The position numbers and the translations under genes are program-made. From Vezdaea acicularis (Eukaryota), in NCBI GenBank assembly GCA_026025075.1, contig JAPEUI010000012.1:124001-188000 (forward strand): a stretch of DNA of 64,000 nucleotides. The letters run 5' to 3'. Of this stretch, positions 9,726 to 22,721 are shown piece by piece (positions within the stretch are counted from its first letter, which is position 1; the number at the start of each line of letters is the position of its first letter). Under the pieces are notes generated by a model. That model was not told where the DNA came from, did not search any database, and saw only the letters and a program-made list of their open reading frames with translations.

Positions 9726-10191
9726 CCAAGCTCGCTCGACCAGCTCCCAAGCTAGTACCCCACCCCTCTCCTCCTCTCCCCCCCTATCATCGACCTCGGG
9801 ACTAAGGAGCTAAAACGAAGAGGCTGATACTCTGACGAAAGGGTGGAGTTCAACGAACATCATAACGGGGGGCGGGGGGATCGGTATCGCCCAGACAGGG
9901 CAGCAGACTACGTGTTCGCCTATGGAGAGAGAGAGAGGCGGCGGAGTGGTACCGCCCAGGATTTTCATAAAAGGGGGTATGACACGCGGGTCCAATCAAA
10001 CCGCGCAGCAAGAGAACGAGCCAACCTCTCTTCTTCCCTAGCAGAAGAACGGTTCATTCTATATCTTGAAGATACTGACAGAAGCGCGAAGAAAGTGTAG
10101 TACAAAAATTCGATACACCAGAACCCCCAAAATCGTTTGGAAAAAAGCCAAAGTGAGAGAGAGAAAAGGGGGAGAGGGAGATGGGACGACT

Positions 10192-11649
10192 TCATTTGGA
10201 GCCAGCAGCGCTCGCCAGCATCTGGGAATGGAGCCTGACGACCTCCGGCACGATCAGGGATTCAATCTCCATCTCGGGCTCCGCCTCTCCCTCCGCAGCG
10301 CGCTGATCGAAAAAGTTCCCTTCCCCATCTTCACCCTCTGCCTCCTTCTCAGTCGGCCCCTCCTCAGCTACACTATCTCTCAACGCAGCCCTGCCCACCT
10401 GCGCCTGCACGCCCGAAACACTCTTCGCGCGCCGATGCCGCGGGACACGCAACCAACAATCCTGCTCGCCGGGCCGCACGAAGACGACTTCCCATTTGCG
10501 GGTGGCGAGCAAGTTGCCGATGACGAGGTGGTGCTGGTAGCGGGCGAGGGCGTGGTGGGCTTTGGCGAGGAGGAGGGAGGGGTCCGTCTCGAGTTTGAAG
10601 GAGATGATCATGCTTTCGGGGGCCCAGCCCTCGACGAGGGGTTGTAGGAATTTGGGGACGGGGTCGAGGTCGATGATTAGTTTGTTGGTGTTGGTGGAGG
10701 TGGTGGTGTTTGAGGTGCTGGTGCTGGATATGTCGTTGTTGTTGTTGATGATGTTGTCGCGCTCGTTCTTCTTCTTCTTGGCGCTGCTGCCACCATCGGT
10801 CGACTGGATCTTGTGCTCGGCCATGCGATGGCGGGGCACGAAAAAGTCCGAGACGGCGGCCGCGAGATAGAACATGCCGGACGCGCCCAGCGGCCGCATC
10901 AGCAGCGCAATCTCCTTCAGCTCCCACAGATACTGGGTGATGGTGGTGAAGGGCAAGAGAAGCAGCATATTATGCTTCTTCGCATCCTGGTACTGGCGCC
11001 AGACGGCGAGCATCTGGGCGCGATACTCGTCATTGATCACGACGGCGCCGTCGGGCCCCTCGTGCACAAAGTCGAGGAAGCAGTTGGTCGAGTGGCTATA
11101 ATGGCGCGAGAAGGGCAGGAGGCTGAACTGGCGGTGCAGGAAGCAGACGGCGTAGCCGTGGGCGAGGAAGTACTCGGCGCTGGTGGCGCCGCGGGTGCCG
11201 GCGCTGAAGTTGTCGATGAAGCGCACGGTCTGGTTCTCGAGCGGGACGGTGGTGCCGCCGGACGTGATCAGCACGACGCGCCGCCCGGCCGCGGCGTGGG
11301 CGTCGATAAAGGCGCGCGCCAGGGGGAGGTGGGTCTTGAGCGAGGCCGGCGCTGGGTTGCTGTCGAAGTAGGCCGAGTCGTCGAAAGGGGGCGGGCTCGC
11401 GAGATCTCGGGAATCGGCGGCGGCGGAGGAGGAGGTGGGGTAGGACATGGCGGCGGGAGGCTGAGGGGAGGGGGAAAGGGGTGCCGTGGCGGCGGATAAT
11501 GTGGCTTGATCGATCAGAGGAGAGTCTGGACCCGGTGGCGGAAGGGCGGCCGACGTGTCGGGGCGCGAGGCGTGGGAACTGGGACGGGTCTCGTCAGATC
11601 CAATGGACGCAGAAGAAGACGACGCAGGACGGGGATGGCGCGACGTCAT
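10192..11649 (-). CDS. CAB2: Phosphopantothenate-cysteine ligase (PPCS; CoA biosynthesis)
   Basis: VVLITSGGTTVPLENQTVRFIDNFSAGTRGATSAEYF, YLAAAVSDFF, ISFKLETD, HHLVIGNLL; intronless; start could be the downstream MSYPT. Confidence 0.95.
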   Translation of the reverse strand: MTSRHPRPASSSSASIGSDETRPSSHASRPDTSAALPPPGPDSPLIDQATLSAATAPLSPSPQPPAAMSYPTSSSAAADSRDLASPPPFDDSAYFDSNPAPASLKTHLPLARAFIDAHAAAGRRVVLITSGGTTVPLENQTVRFIDNFSAGTRGATSAEYFLAHGYAVCFLHRQFSLLPFSRHYSHSTNCFLDFVHEGPDGAVVINDEYRAQMLAVWRQYQDAKKHNMLLLLPFTTITQYLWELKEIALLMRPLGASGMFYLAAAVSDFFVPRHRMAEHKIQSTDGGSSAKKKKNERDNIINNNNDISSTSTSNTTTSTNTNKLIIDLDPVPKFLQPLVEGWAPESMIISFKLETDPSLLLAKAHHALARYQHHLVIGNLLATRKWEVVFVRPGEQDCWLRVPRHRRAKSVSGVQAQVGRAALRDSVAEEGPTEKEAEGEDGEGNFFDQRAAEGEAEPEMEIESLIVPEVVRLHSQMLASAAGSK

Positions 11650-12645
11650 CGTGGAAGATCGACCGTTCGGCTGTCACGAGCCGATCCCCCTATCCCTTAT
11701 TCAGACAGACGAGACGTTTGGGGGGGGAACTATACAAGAGAAGAGATTCTTACTCGCCGGCTTCATCGTCTTTTCGTTCCACCGGTTTCCGCTATATATA
11801 CACGCGCGGCTGCGATACGGAGGCTCGGACGGATCTTGCGCGGGGCATGAGGCATTCCGGATGTGAGGTCCTGCTGAGAGGGAGACGGAGAAGGAGGAGA
11901 AGCTGGAGAGCGGAAGGGCGGAGGCGGCGGAGACCGGCAAGATCCGCGAGACGATGGTGGGCTGCAAGCGAGGGGGCGGATGTGGTGCAGCCGACGGGCG
12001 GTGGGTGGATGGTGGGTGTGGCACATGCTGACGCCAGAGGCTCGTAAGAGATGGGCATTCGCGAACGTCCATCCCGACGTCCAGACCCCGTCAGGGCTAC
12101 GCGCACGTGAGCTAGGGCTTGCTGGAACTCGCCAGGCTAGGGGCATCGGCAAAGAGGAAGGAAGGACTATCCCATGTCCCCGGTCCCATCATGTCCCATC
12201 ATGTCATGTCCCACCAGCCCGGAGATGGAGATCCGCGTCGCCTTCGCCGCGACGACGACATGCGGCGATCCGGTCTAGCGCGGTCGAGAGCGTGATCTCC
12301 CGTGGCATCGTCATCGCGGTGGCCAGGCAGCCGCGGCCGGTACTTGTGGCAGGCGCGATGGACGGCGGGAGGAAGGAGCGCGCGATGAAGCTTGAGGGTG
12401 AGGGCAGGCGCAGAGGGTGACGGCGAGGGCGAGAGCGGTCGAGGGTCGCGGGTTGTGGCTGCCCCCCTCCTCGTCGATGCTTTCCCCCTTCGTCGATGCC
12501 CGGCTAGAGGCGCCCGTCGGCCGGTGATCTGCCTCGCTAGGCCCCATGCGGGCGGTCTTATCGAATTGTCCGAGGGAAAGGGCGATGTGAAATGTCCGAA
12601 TTGCCCATCGTCGCACTTTCCCATCCCGAACGAAGGGGCCGTGGG

Positions 12646-12679
12646 GCTAAGGCCAAGGGCCAAGGGCCAAGGGGCCAAG
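12646..12679 (+). promoter_or_regulatory. Tandem array of four GCCAAG motifs (PacC/Rim101 consensus GCCARG)
   Basis: GCCAAG at 12652, 12659, 12666 and 12674, preceded by GCTAAG, in the divergent CAB2 / Zn2Cys6-TF intergenic region. Confidence 0.45.
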
Positions 12680-14606
12680 CTCCGCGCCACACGCTCTTCG
12701 CCGTCCCACCCCTTCCCTCTCCCTCGCGCCTTCCCCCACCAGCGCGCGCGCCATCGTCGCTCCTCGCTCCTCGCTCATCGCTTTTTTCCACAATTGCACC
12801 GTGCGCGCATCGCCTTTTTCCACGACACGACCGACAGTGACGCGGCCGACGCCGAAACTCTCTCCCCCCCCAGCTCTCCGCCCCTTCTCGTCCCTCTTCC
12901 GTGATTCTCATCCCGTGACCCGGCCGGAAAGCACATCCGAACCAGTCATCCCCGATTGCTCCTCTGTCTCTCTCTCGCACTCTCTCTCCTTCCCACGCCT
13001 GTTCGTGCGCGAAGGGTCTGGACGGAGGCTGGACGGGCATGGCCTGTCAGTTCCTGACGCCGCGCCAAAACGAATGCTCGAGGGAGGTCTAGAACGCCAC
13101 TGAGCGCCGGCCCAGTCGGCCTTATCCTTTTCGCAGCCGGCGGTTTTGCTATCGTCGGCGTCTGGGGGACCACGATTGCGTCTTCAACGAGGGGCCATCG
13201 GCGCACGCCCACAGACAACAGCCACATTCCTCTCGGCGCGCGCATGGGCAGGAGCGTCCCCGGTGCCAGCATCAGCACCGCCGCCGGACGCTGCGTTCTG
13301 TGGATGGGGCAGGCGCGACTCTGGCTGGACTCCGGACTCGCCCCCCCCTCGCACCTTCCCCTCCACCGTCCACCGTCCTCGCGCCTTCCCCTCCACTTGG
13401 CCCGTTCCTGCCCGTTCTTCTCTGTCTCACGGTCACGCCTGCTGCATCGACGCACATCATCCCGCCCTGTGGCCACCGCCGACTCTGTTCCCTCCGTCAT
13501 TCACCCGACGGCCGCCGACTCCGCTGCTCGGGCCAGCGCTCCACTATCGTTAACGACCGATTGAGCGATATTCCCACCGAACACCACGCCGGGAGACGCA
13601 TCCACGCAGCACGCAGCAGCACGCAGCCCACTCGGACCCCGTTCGATCACGCTACCGCCGCCTGCAGCTGCCATCCAACCGTGCAAGCCTGCTACCACCA
13701 CCGCTACATACCGTGCTACCGGTCTCATCGTTTGCAACCGTCCAACCATCCGACCCTGCCCCCCGATTTTCCCTTTGCTTCCCCTTCAAACCTCTCTCGA
13801 CCCTCTCTCTCTCCCAGGGTAGGGCATCTAAGGATTCACACTCGGCAAACCCTCCACACCAAGACCAAAATTCGGGCTTGGGTCTCATAACTGCCATACA
13901 AGCCACCCCGGCCATGCTACACCGCGGCCCCGCCGTATCCAGCCTCTGACCATCCTCCCCCCATCTGCCCGTTGTTATAGTAGCAGCGGCCGTGACTAGA
14001 GGGAGTGAAGGGTTGCGGGAAGAGAGAGGAGAAGAGTAGAGAAGAGAGCCGCCGAGAGGGAGAGAGGGGCGCGCGCGCGCGCGAGAGAGAGAGAGACAGA
14101 GACGGCGAGAGACGGTGAGAAACGGCGAGAAAGCGCTCCACAGAGAGGGGGAGCGAGATTGAGAGACGGAGAGAGAAAAGCGCCTGAGAGCTGTGCAAGC
14201 TCACGGTGGTACTTTGTTGATTTCAAAAAGGCTCACAATTTCCCCGTGGCGCCATCCAGCCACAGGACGCTGCATCCTATGAGGACATCAGACCGGCTGT
14301 TCGAATGCACCATTATGATTTAGTCGTGCCATAAACCTTGCTCCGTACCCGTCCGTCCGTTCTACGCTCTAAGGGCCTCTCGCGGCGGGCAGCTTCACTC
14401 TGAGTCTCTTGATTGGAGCCGGAGGGCGGTCCAGGGAGGCGTGTAGACTATTTCTTAATTCGACCCTCGTATGCGCTGGGATATTGCATTTCCCTCCGGA
14501 CGATCTTCTCATCGCACGGCCACATCAACGGCCTCTAGAATCACCGTCCCGAAATTAATCGCCACACTTATTTTTTGGCTCGCTGAAACCTGTTGCGTCT
14601 CGCGAT

Positions 14607-17600
14607 ATGGCAGACAGACGGAGTCGATATCCGCCTCCACAAGCAGAGGGGGTAGCGCGGACCGGACGCAAAGGCTCCTCTTCCTCTCAGACCTCCTCGC
14701 CCTCCGCACCGCCGGCCACCTCGCAGAGTCCGCTGAGCACCCTTCCGCCATCTTCTCGAGTTCTCTCCAAGATCGCGATCCCACGACTTCGTCGAGAGAG
14801 TGAACCCGATTCTGCCTTTCCGTCCTCGAAGTCTGGCGACAAACACCGAGTCAGCCATGCGTGCGAACCGTGTCGCCACCGTAAGACGAAGTGTAGTGGA
14901 GAGAGACCGGTCTGCAAGCACTGTGAGGATCATGGAATTGCTTGCGTTTACGCCGATGGCAAGAGGGATCGAGCGAAGAAGTCCGTCTTGACTCCTTTTT
15001 TTTCCTCCCCCGCTTCTTCTTCTTCTTCTTCCGATCCACGAGGCTAACGATGTGATTTTCCAGAGAGATGGGAAACATGATGGGCAAGGTCGATGAGTAT
15101 GAGGCCTTACTCCGTCAAGTCAGCTCGCAGGTCGATGGTGCTACTCAGTTGGCCATCCAGAAAGCACTCACTAAAGTCGGTGACCCAGCCCTCCTGTTGT
15201 TTTGGTCTGATGCTGAAGTGCATTAGTCCCCATCCCCGGCGGAGCCGTCCCTCGAATCGACGCCGTCCCGCTCGAGGATGGACGGCAGTCTGGACCAGGA
15301 CAGCGACGACAATTACCAGGACGGCGAGACGATCATCTCGGCCGGCGTGGGCTCCACCGGCTCCTTGGACAAGACTCACGAGGACTTTGACAAAGACGAG
15401 AATACCAGAGCGACCGGCTTCATCGGCAAGAATTCGGAAGTGGCCTGGATCCAACGCGTGGACCATCAATTGAAAGCCGGTTCATCCAGCGCTGGCACGA
15501 CGAGCGGGACTGGAACGAAAGATTCAGGAGCTCACGGTTCAGGTGGCAAGGACTCGACTAAGTCTGACGAGTTGAGGCTTAGTCAGTGCACTTACCATCT
15601 TGACGATCTCGACATCTCCGTGGCTCAAACCGTGGACGAAAACGCGCTCCCTCCGAAAGAAATCGCCGATTTGCTCCTGAATGCTTACTTTACGACCGTC
15701 CACGTCTCGTTTCCCTTTCTCCTGAAGAACGTGTTCTTAGGGCAGTACCAGACCTACTACCGAACCTACGACCGCCGCTTCAGCAGGCGATGGCTCGCCA
15801 TCTTGAACCTCGTCTTTGCCATCAGCGCCAAGTTTTCTCATTTGATCAGAGCCGACTGGCGGGGCGATGAGAGGGATCATCTCATCTTCTTCGCCCGAGC
15901 GCGACTCCAAGGGCTCGATCATGGCTCCTTCTGGGAGCACGCCGACTTTGAGCAGGTGCAGGCCTTTGGGCTGCTCACCTTCTACTTGATGGCGACCGAC
16001 CAAATTAATAAGTACGTATATCGTATCGTCTCGTAGTGGGTCAGAACAGAAAAAAGAAAAAAACACGGTTTATGCTGACGAAAAGTCGTTTTCTTGCAGG
16101 GCGTGGATTCTCTCCGGCAACACGATCAGGCTCGCACAATCGCTCGGCCTCCACCTCATGAACAAGTCAACCGACACGACTCCAGTCCAGAAAGAAGTTT
16201 CCGTACGCGTCTGGTGGTCCATCTACTCCCTCGAGCGGTTGCTGGGCGTCATGACGGGCAGACCCAGTGCTGTTAGCGACGCCGACATCAGCACTCCTCT
16301 CCCACTTCCGATCGAGGAAGAGTATTTTCCAATACACGGCGGGCCCTTCATGGAGTCTCCCAAGGCCGGAGACGCGTCGGGCAAGCGTTCACACAGTGGC
16401 GACACGCGTCCTCCGGCGGAAGGCTTGAGGACTTCCAAGTCGTCCTCGGTCCATTCATCATCATCGCACGAACCACGATCGAAGGCGTCATCGCGCTCTA
16501 TGTCGCCTGCCGCCGGCACTCTCTTCACGTTTCCACCGCTTCCCACGACTCCTCCAAATATGTCGACGTATTTCATCTGTCGGACGCAGCTGGCGATGCT
16601 CACACACCAAGTCCTGTCAACGCTGTTCTGTGCTCGAACGGTGCAGCGATCGTGGGCCGAAGTCCAGGACATCATCGGAGATCTCAACTATCGCCTCTTG
16701 AAGTGGCGATCGAATCTGCCGAGTCTGTTTGATTTCAACAAGAACCAGCGGGATCAGGTGTTTGTACGACAGCGGATGGCGCTGGGCATGATGTTCTACG
16801 GCTCGCAGATGCTGATCAACCGACCATGTCTCTGCCGCGTCGACAAGAAAGTACCGAACGAATCGGCCAAGTCGTTCAACTTTAATCATACATCCGCCAC
16901 TACCTGCGTTCAGGCCGCGCGCCGTATGATCGCGCTCATACCGGATGAGCCAAACCCGACGGGGCTTTTTAGTATTGCTCCCTGGTGGTGTCTGCTGCAT
17001 CATCTGATGCAAGCGGGGAGCATCTTCATGCTCGAGATGTCTTTTCGGGCCGAGCACACTCCGGGACAGGCTGCGGAGACGCTGGCCGACGCGAAGAAAG
17101 TGGTGCAGTGGTTGCGTTCAATGTCGGAGGACAACCTCGCCGCACGCCGGGCATGGCAGTCCATGCTGGTGCTCCTTCGGCGTGCCGCGAGGAGAATCGG
17201 TGGAGACACTTCGGACGTGCCTCAACATCCACCTCAGGTAGTGCCACAACCGTCGCGGATCATCACTCAGTCGGAGCAGTCGATCGTGAACGCCTTTCAG
17301 AACAGCATGCCGATGGACCAGGACGTGTTTCAGCAGATGGGCTCGATGTATCCGCATCCGCACGACAGCGACAACAGCTTCGAGCCGTATCTGTACACGT
17401 CGTACGACGACTTTCAGCAGGATGGTCTCGATCTGGCTCATTTTTCTGTTGGGAACACGGTGGGCAACCCTGGGAATACGCATGTCAGCGCCTTGTTCCC
17501 ATCGGCTTCGCAGATGTTTGAGTTCAAGGATCATGAGATGGGCGGGTATCAGTATCAGCAGCCCGGTCTCTCGGACGGGACGGGGCCGTCGCAATCGGGG

Positions 17601-17654
17601 GGCATGCCGGATGGCTCGGCCCATCATCACCATCATCATCAGTCCCGCCGGTGA
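14607..17654 (+). CDS. Zn(II)2Cys6 transcription factor with fungal-specific TF (middle homology) domain; 4 exons
   Basis: HACEPCRHRKTKCSGERPVCKHCEDHGIACVY; YFTTVHVSFPFL; RVWWSIYSLERLLGVMTGRP. Introns at about 14981-15063, 15176-15226 and 16011-16099 keep the frame. Confidence 0.93.
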
Positions 17655-19707
17655 TGGGAGTGAGGGCGTGTCGCTTCTGGCAGGACAATTAGAGAAGTAC
17701 AGCCTCTTTTTGATAGGACAAAGACGCTGCTGCAGTCGGCGTGGTGTGCGAGACACTTCTCTCTACTCATGATCCCCCTTGGAAATCGTCTCCTTTTCTT
17801 TGTTTATCTTTTGATTTCTCGTGTTTTTTTTGCATTTGTGCGGGTGCGCGAGAGGGAGGGCGGTAAGGGAGCAGAGAGACGGAGAAAAGGGGCGAGAGTG
17901 AGGGGAGGGAAAATAGGAGGCGAGAAGGCAACAAAGCGAATATCCTAGTTTTTTGTTTTTGTTTTTTTGCACGGGTCACTGCGGTTTTTGCGGTCGTCAG
18001 GATGGCCACGGCGCGTATACACACAGAGGCAGCTGGCTTTGTCGATTCTTGTTTTGTTTCTTGTGTGTTTTTTTCCCCCTCTTTAAGAGAAACAAAGTTG
18101 CTAGTGTTGGTGAAAATACTAAAAAACTCTCGCGCCCCCTTTTTTTCCTCTCTGGTGGATTGTCTTGAAAAAATACTTGCCCCGTCTCGCTCTTGGAGCA
18201 TCTGAAGCCGCTAAGGAGTGGGATTGATCGCGAAAGTGGGGGAACAAGGGAAAGGGTCAGGAAATGGGTGAGGAAAAAGGTAAGTTGGATGAGAAAATTG
18301 ACAATGAAAATGGAATGGAATAGCAAGGGAAAAGGGAAAAAGGGCAAGCGCTACACTTTCCACGTATCCTCGCTCCCGTTCTCTGGGGATTGTCGATCCC
18401 TGCGTATATACCCCCGCCCCCATCTCCCCCTCTCTCAAACGGAAATTTTCTCCCTCGCCCTCGCCGGCATCCGGCATCCGGCGGTCCTCACCCTCCCTCC
18501 CTTTTCTGCTGTGCATGGGTGCGCTCCTGCCCTGGCTGCTTGTCTTGATTGATATGCCGTGGATCTCTCTCTCTCTCCTTGCTAGCTGGCTAACCTCGCT
18601 GCTTGGGATAGAGAGGTTCTGGCTATGCCCTCCCCCCCTGGGGTTTGGGTTGGGGTTATTCGTCTTCGCCGCCTCCTTCTCCTTTTTCTCATATCATATC
18701 ATGCAGTTCCTGTCTTACTCTGCTCTCCGCCCGAAGTGGGACGGGTTGCGAAGTGGAGCTTGTTGCTAAATGGACCTCGATGTATAGGATTTACGTATGC
18801 CGCTCGACCTCACTTGGGGGTGGACTCGAAAGACCCTCTTAGTTTACCCCCTTTTCTCTCTGCTTTTCCTCTGCTTTCCTCTGCTTTTGCTCTGCTTTCC
18901 TCTGCTTCTCCTCTCCCTTCCTCTGCTCCTCCTCTCCTTTCCTCACATTTCCTCCCCCTTTCCTCTCCCTCCTTTCCTCTCCCTTCTTTTCTCCTTCTTC
19001 TTCTTCTTCCTCTTCTTCATTCTTCTCCTGTTTTTCCTCTCTCCCTTTCTCTCTCTCTCTCTTTCCTCTCTCTCTCCCTTTCTCTCTCCCTTTTCCCCCT
19101 CCCCTTTCCACACCTGCACCTCCCTCTCCCACCACCCACTCGTATACCCAATAAAACAGGACATGGACCACCTCGACAGTGTTAATATCTCATCTCATCG
19201 CATATCTCACATCCGCCGTCTAGCAGGAGAAGACAGGACGGGCCAGGACAAGACACGACGAGCACCACGGCCCCCCATCCCCATCCCCATCCCCATCCCC
19301 ATCCCTGTTTCCACGCCCACGCTATACCCATCCCATACTCCTGGCAGCCTGGTTTGAGGATGGACAGGAACTGGGTTATGCTACAGTAGATCGAGCCAGA
19401 CACGACATAGGATGGGGTCAGAGCGTTCGCGGCGGGGGGGGGGGGGGGGGGGGTTCTTTGGGGGAGTGGTGGGTTTGTGGATATTCACTGTGCTGGGCAG
19501 GGTGTTGGTCACGGTGGTGGTTACGGTGTTGGTCGCGGTGTTAGTTACGGTGTTGGGCAGGGTGTTGTTCGCTCGAGGGTTTGTTTGAGGAGGAGGAGAT
19601 CTGGTGTTTACTGGAGAGTGTTCGCTCGTGGATTTTACTCGGCGTTGACTTGGGGGTTTGCTTGAGGGTTAGGTCGAGGGTTGAGTCGAGGATTCACTCC
19701 AGCAGTG

Positions 19708-19819
19708 ACTCTCCAGCATCCACTCTCCAGCATCCACTCTCCAGCATCCACTCTCCAGCATTCACTCTCTAGCATCCACTCTTCAGCATCCACTCTCCAG
19801 CATTCACTCTCTAGCATTA
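19708..19819. repeat. 14-bp minisatellite (ACTCTCCAGCATCC) x8
   Basis: Directly visible; variants are almost all C>T. Confidence 0.9.
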
Positions 19820-20951
19820 AACCCCCCCTTCCTGCTCACCGAATCCCCATTCATTGCCAGCTTATACCCACATATACCCCCTCTTCTCCACTTCCAACCA
19901 TGATCCTACCCCAAACCCCACAACCTCACCCCCCTTCCTCATCAACAAAACTCTCACTACTCTAACCAACCCTCCCCCCCCCCCCCCCCCCCCCCTTCTT
20001 TTTTTTCTCACACCCACATCACCTCAACCCACACCACGCACAGAAAAAAATATCAAACTCACCCCTCCCCCTCCTCCTCCCCCCCCTCCTCTTCTTCCCC
20101 ACTCTCGTCCTCGCAAGGGGGATAATCCATCTACTCTTCCCGCCCCTAGATTCACTGCCTCGACCTCGTTGTCTCCGGTGCGGACTCACTCTCACTCTCA
20201 CTCCGGACTCACGTGGGAAGTTGAGGTCAGAAGTAGAGGGAGAGGGAGAGGGAGAGGGAGATACTGATACCGAGTCAGACGAAGACGAGAAGAGATATCG
20301 CACGGATGTAGGCGTGGCTGGAATATCGCGCTCAGGTGATAGGAGTGCTGAGCTGCGGGGACGAGGTAGGGAGATATCCTGTACTGGGGCGGACGCAGGA
20401 GAGGGAGTGGGAGTGGTGAAGTAAGTGGGGAGGAAAGGGGGTTTATGGAACGGATGTCGCGGGAAAAGGGGCACGGAGGGGGAACCCCAATTTCGCGGCC
20501 GGGGTTGAGGGACGAGCCTCGACTGGAGAGAGCAGGGGAGATTAGGGAGAGACGTTGCTGCGAGACGTATCGATGTGTAGAACGCGATTGACTAGACTAG
20601 ACGAGACGAGACGAGATGGCAAAGGGGGTCTGGAGTTTAAGGGAGGGAGTTATCGCTAAAGGGTTGAGAAGGATAGAGCAATACTTTACAATGCATGTCC
20701 CCTTACTGATGCTACAGTTGATGCATGATTCATAGTCTCGAAAAGGATTATTTCTCTTGGCTGTTGTATGAGCCTGTTTCCCCCCCCAGTCTATAGACGC
20801 CGCTTGACCCGAAAATGCATGGATGCATGTCCCATTAATGCTACTTGACAAAAAAAGGGAGCGCCGGGAAATGCTAGATGTGCTGCCTGAGAAGAAAAAC
20901 CCACGGCCCATCTCGTACGTGCTGCATCGCCTTGTGCAGATGATGACTTGC

Positions 20952-22721
20952 TCAGATGAGCGATCTGCCCTTGACGCTCACCCACTCCATGCAGCAGGCG
21001 GCTCCAAAGGCGACGATGCCACCAGCCACGCCGAGGTACTAATCGAGCAAAAACACATTAGCCTCGCTATGTAGCAGATACTGGAGAAACTAAAAACTCA
21101 CGAAATTATCGGTAATCGCCTTATTGTACGCACTCAAGACCGCCTGCAGATGCTCCGGCCGGACGATGCGCCTCACGGCCTCCGCGCCCGCCATGATGAT
21201 CATCTCCGCATTCTCGCTCGGCACGTTCGCGACCAACGCCTTGAGCAGATGCGATTCGAAGATGTTCTGGCCGATGGCAAGGAAGATCGAGCCGCCGAAG
21301 AACTGGAAGAACACGATGATGGCCGTGCCCGTCGCGACCTCGGCGAGCGGAAGCACGGCTTGCACCGCCACGAGCGGCATCTGGATGATCGATCCGATGC
21401 CGGCGCCGTAGACAACCTGATAGCCGATCCATTTCGCGTGACCAGAGTCGGTCTGGAAGGTGGTGAACAGACCGGCGCCGATGGTCAGCAGGATCGTGCC
21501 CCCTAGCAGGAACGGGTTGTACCAGCCGAGTTTGGTTACTATGTAGAACGTACAGCTCAGCGGATACTCATTGAGGTACGGAAACTACACAAACTCACCG
21601 AGTCCGCCGGCGAATATCGACATGATGATATTCGCCAGGATCGACGGAAGATTCATCACTCCGCTCTTCGTCGGGCTTGAGCCCTTGATCACCTGAAACC
21701 AGATCGGGAGCCAGTACGTGACCAGTTGCAGCGTACCAAACGCAAAGCAGCCGATCATAGAGCCGAACAGGACACTCCGCTGCGTAAAGATCTTCGGCGG
21801 GATTAATGCCTCTGCCTGTTGACGCACTTGCCACACCGCGAACAGTGCGATCATGCCCGCGAAGCCGCAGATGAGCCCGATGACAGTCGCTGACTTCCAC
21901 GGATACTTGTTTCCGCCCCACTGGAGTGCCAGGAGCAGCATGATGACCGCGGGCGTGAACAGAGCGAAACCCGGTAGGTCCAAGTGCTTGATCTTCTGGC
22001 CCAGCGGGACATTGGTTGCTTTACGCACTGGCGGCTTGAAGAAGACTGCAAGCAGGAAAACAGTCACAGCGCCGCAAGGGAGGTTAATGTAGAAACACCA
22101 TCTCCACGACACGTGCTGAGTGAGGACTCCCCCAAGCAAGGGACCGACGATGTTGCCAACCCCGAACATGGACGCTATCACCCCCGTATAGATCGGCCTT
22201 AGACGTAGAGGAATCGTGTGAGCAATGATCACCAGCGCTCCCGAGAACAGACCGGCGGCGCCAATCCCAGCTACCGCGCGTCCGAGAATGAGAGCGGTTG
22301 AGCTCTGCGCAGTCGCACAGACCAAACTCCCAATCTCAAAGACCCCGACGAACATTAGATACGCCCATTTCAAAGAAAAGTACTGGAAGATCTTGCCTCC
22401 CAGCGGCTGGCAGGCACAGATAGTAATGAGAAAGGCGCTTCCATACCAGCCAACGTCACCGAGTGAGTTGAACTTTGTCGTGATGGTCGGGATAGCTGTC
22501 GCCAGGATTGCGTTGTCGAGCGCAACAAGCAGGACGGAGATGGCAAGGCCGATGACTATCAGATAGAGCTTGACGCCTGAGAGAAACTCGGTTTCTTCGT
22601 CATCCTTCTCCGCAAGTAGGACCTGCTCTCCCTCTGAGCTTGGTTCGTTCGCCTCCAATTTTGACGCATCTTCAGTGGGCTTCTCCACAGGAACCACGTC
22701 CTTCTGCCATGGCATACGCAT
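20952..22721 (-). CDS. MFS drug:H+ antiporter (14-TMS DHA2 / toxin-efflux type); exons 22721-21599, 21538-21102, 21038-20952
   Basis: LVALDNAILATAIPTIT, DVGWYGSAF, GRAVAGIGAAG, WRWCFYINLP, C-terminal MEWVSVKG; GT-AG introns. Confidence 0.93.

Noticed and set aside
11700..14500. Many overlapping 60-200 aa ORFs
   Set aside because: Expected in GC-rich low-complexity intergenic DNA; Arg/Pro/Ser-rich translations without domains.
18625..19357. Hydrophobic Leu/Phe/Ser-rich ORFs resembling membrane proteins
   Set aside because: Translation artefacts of the CT-rich polypyrimidine tract.
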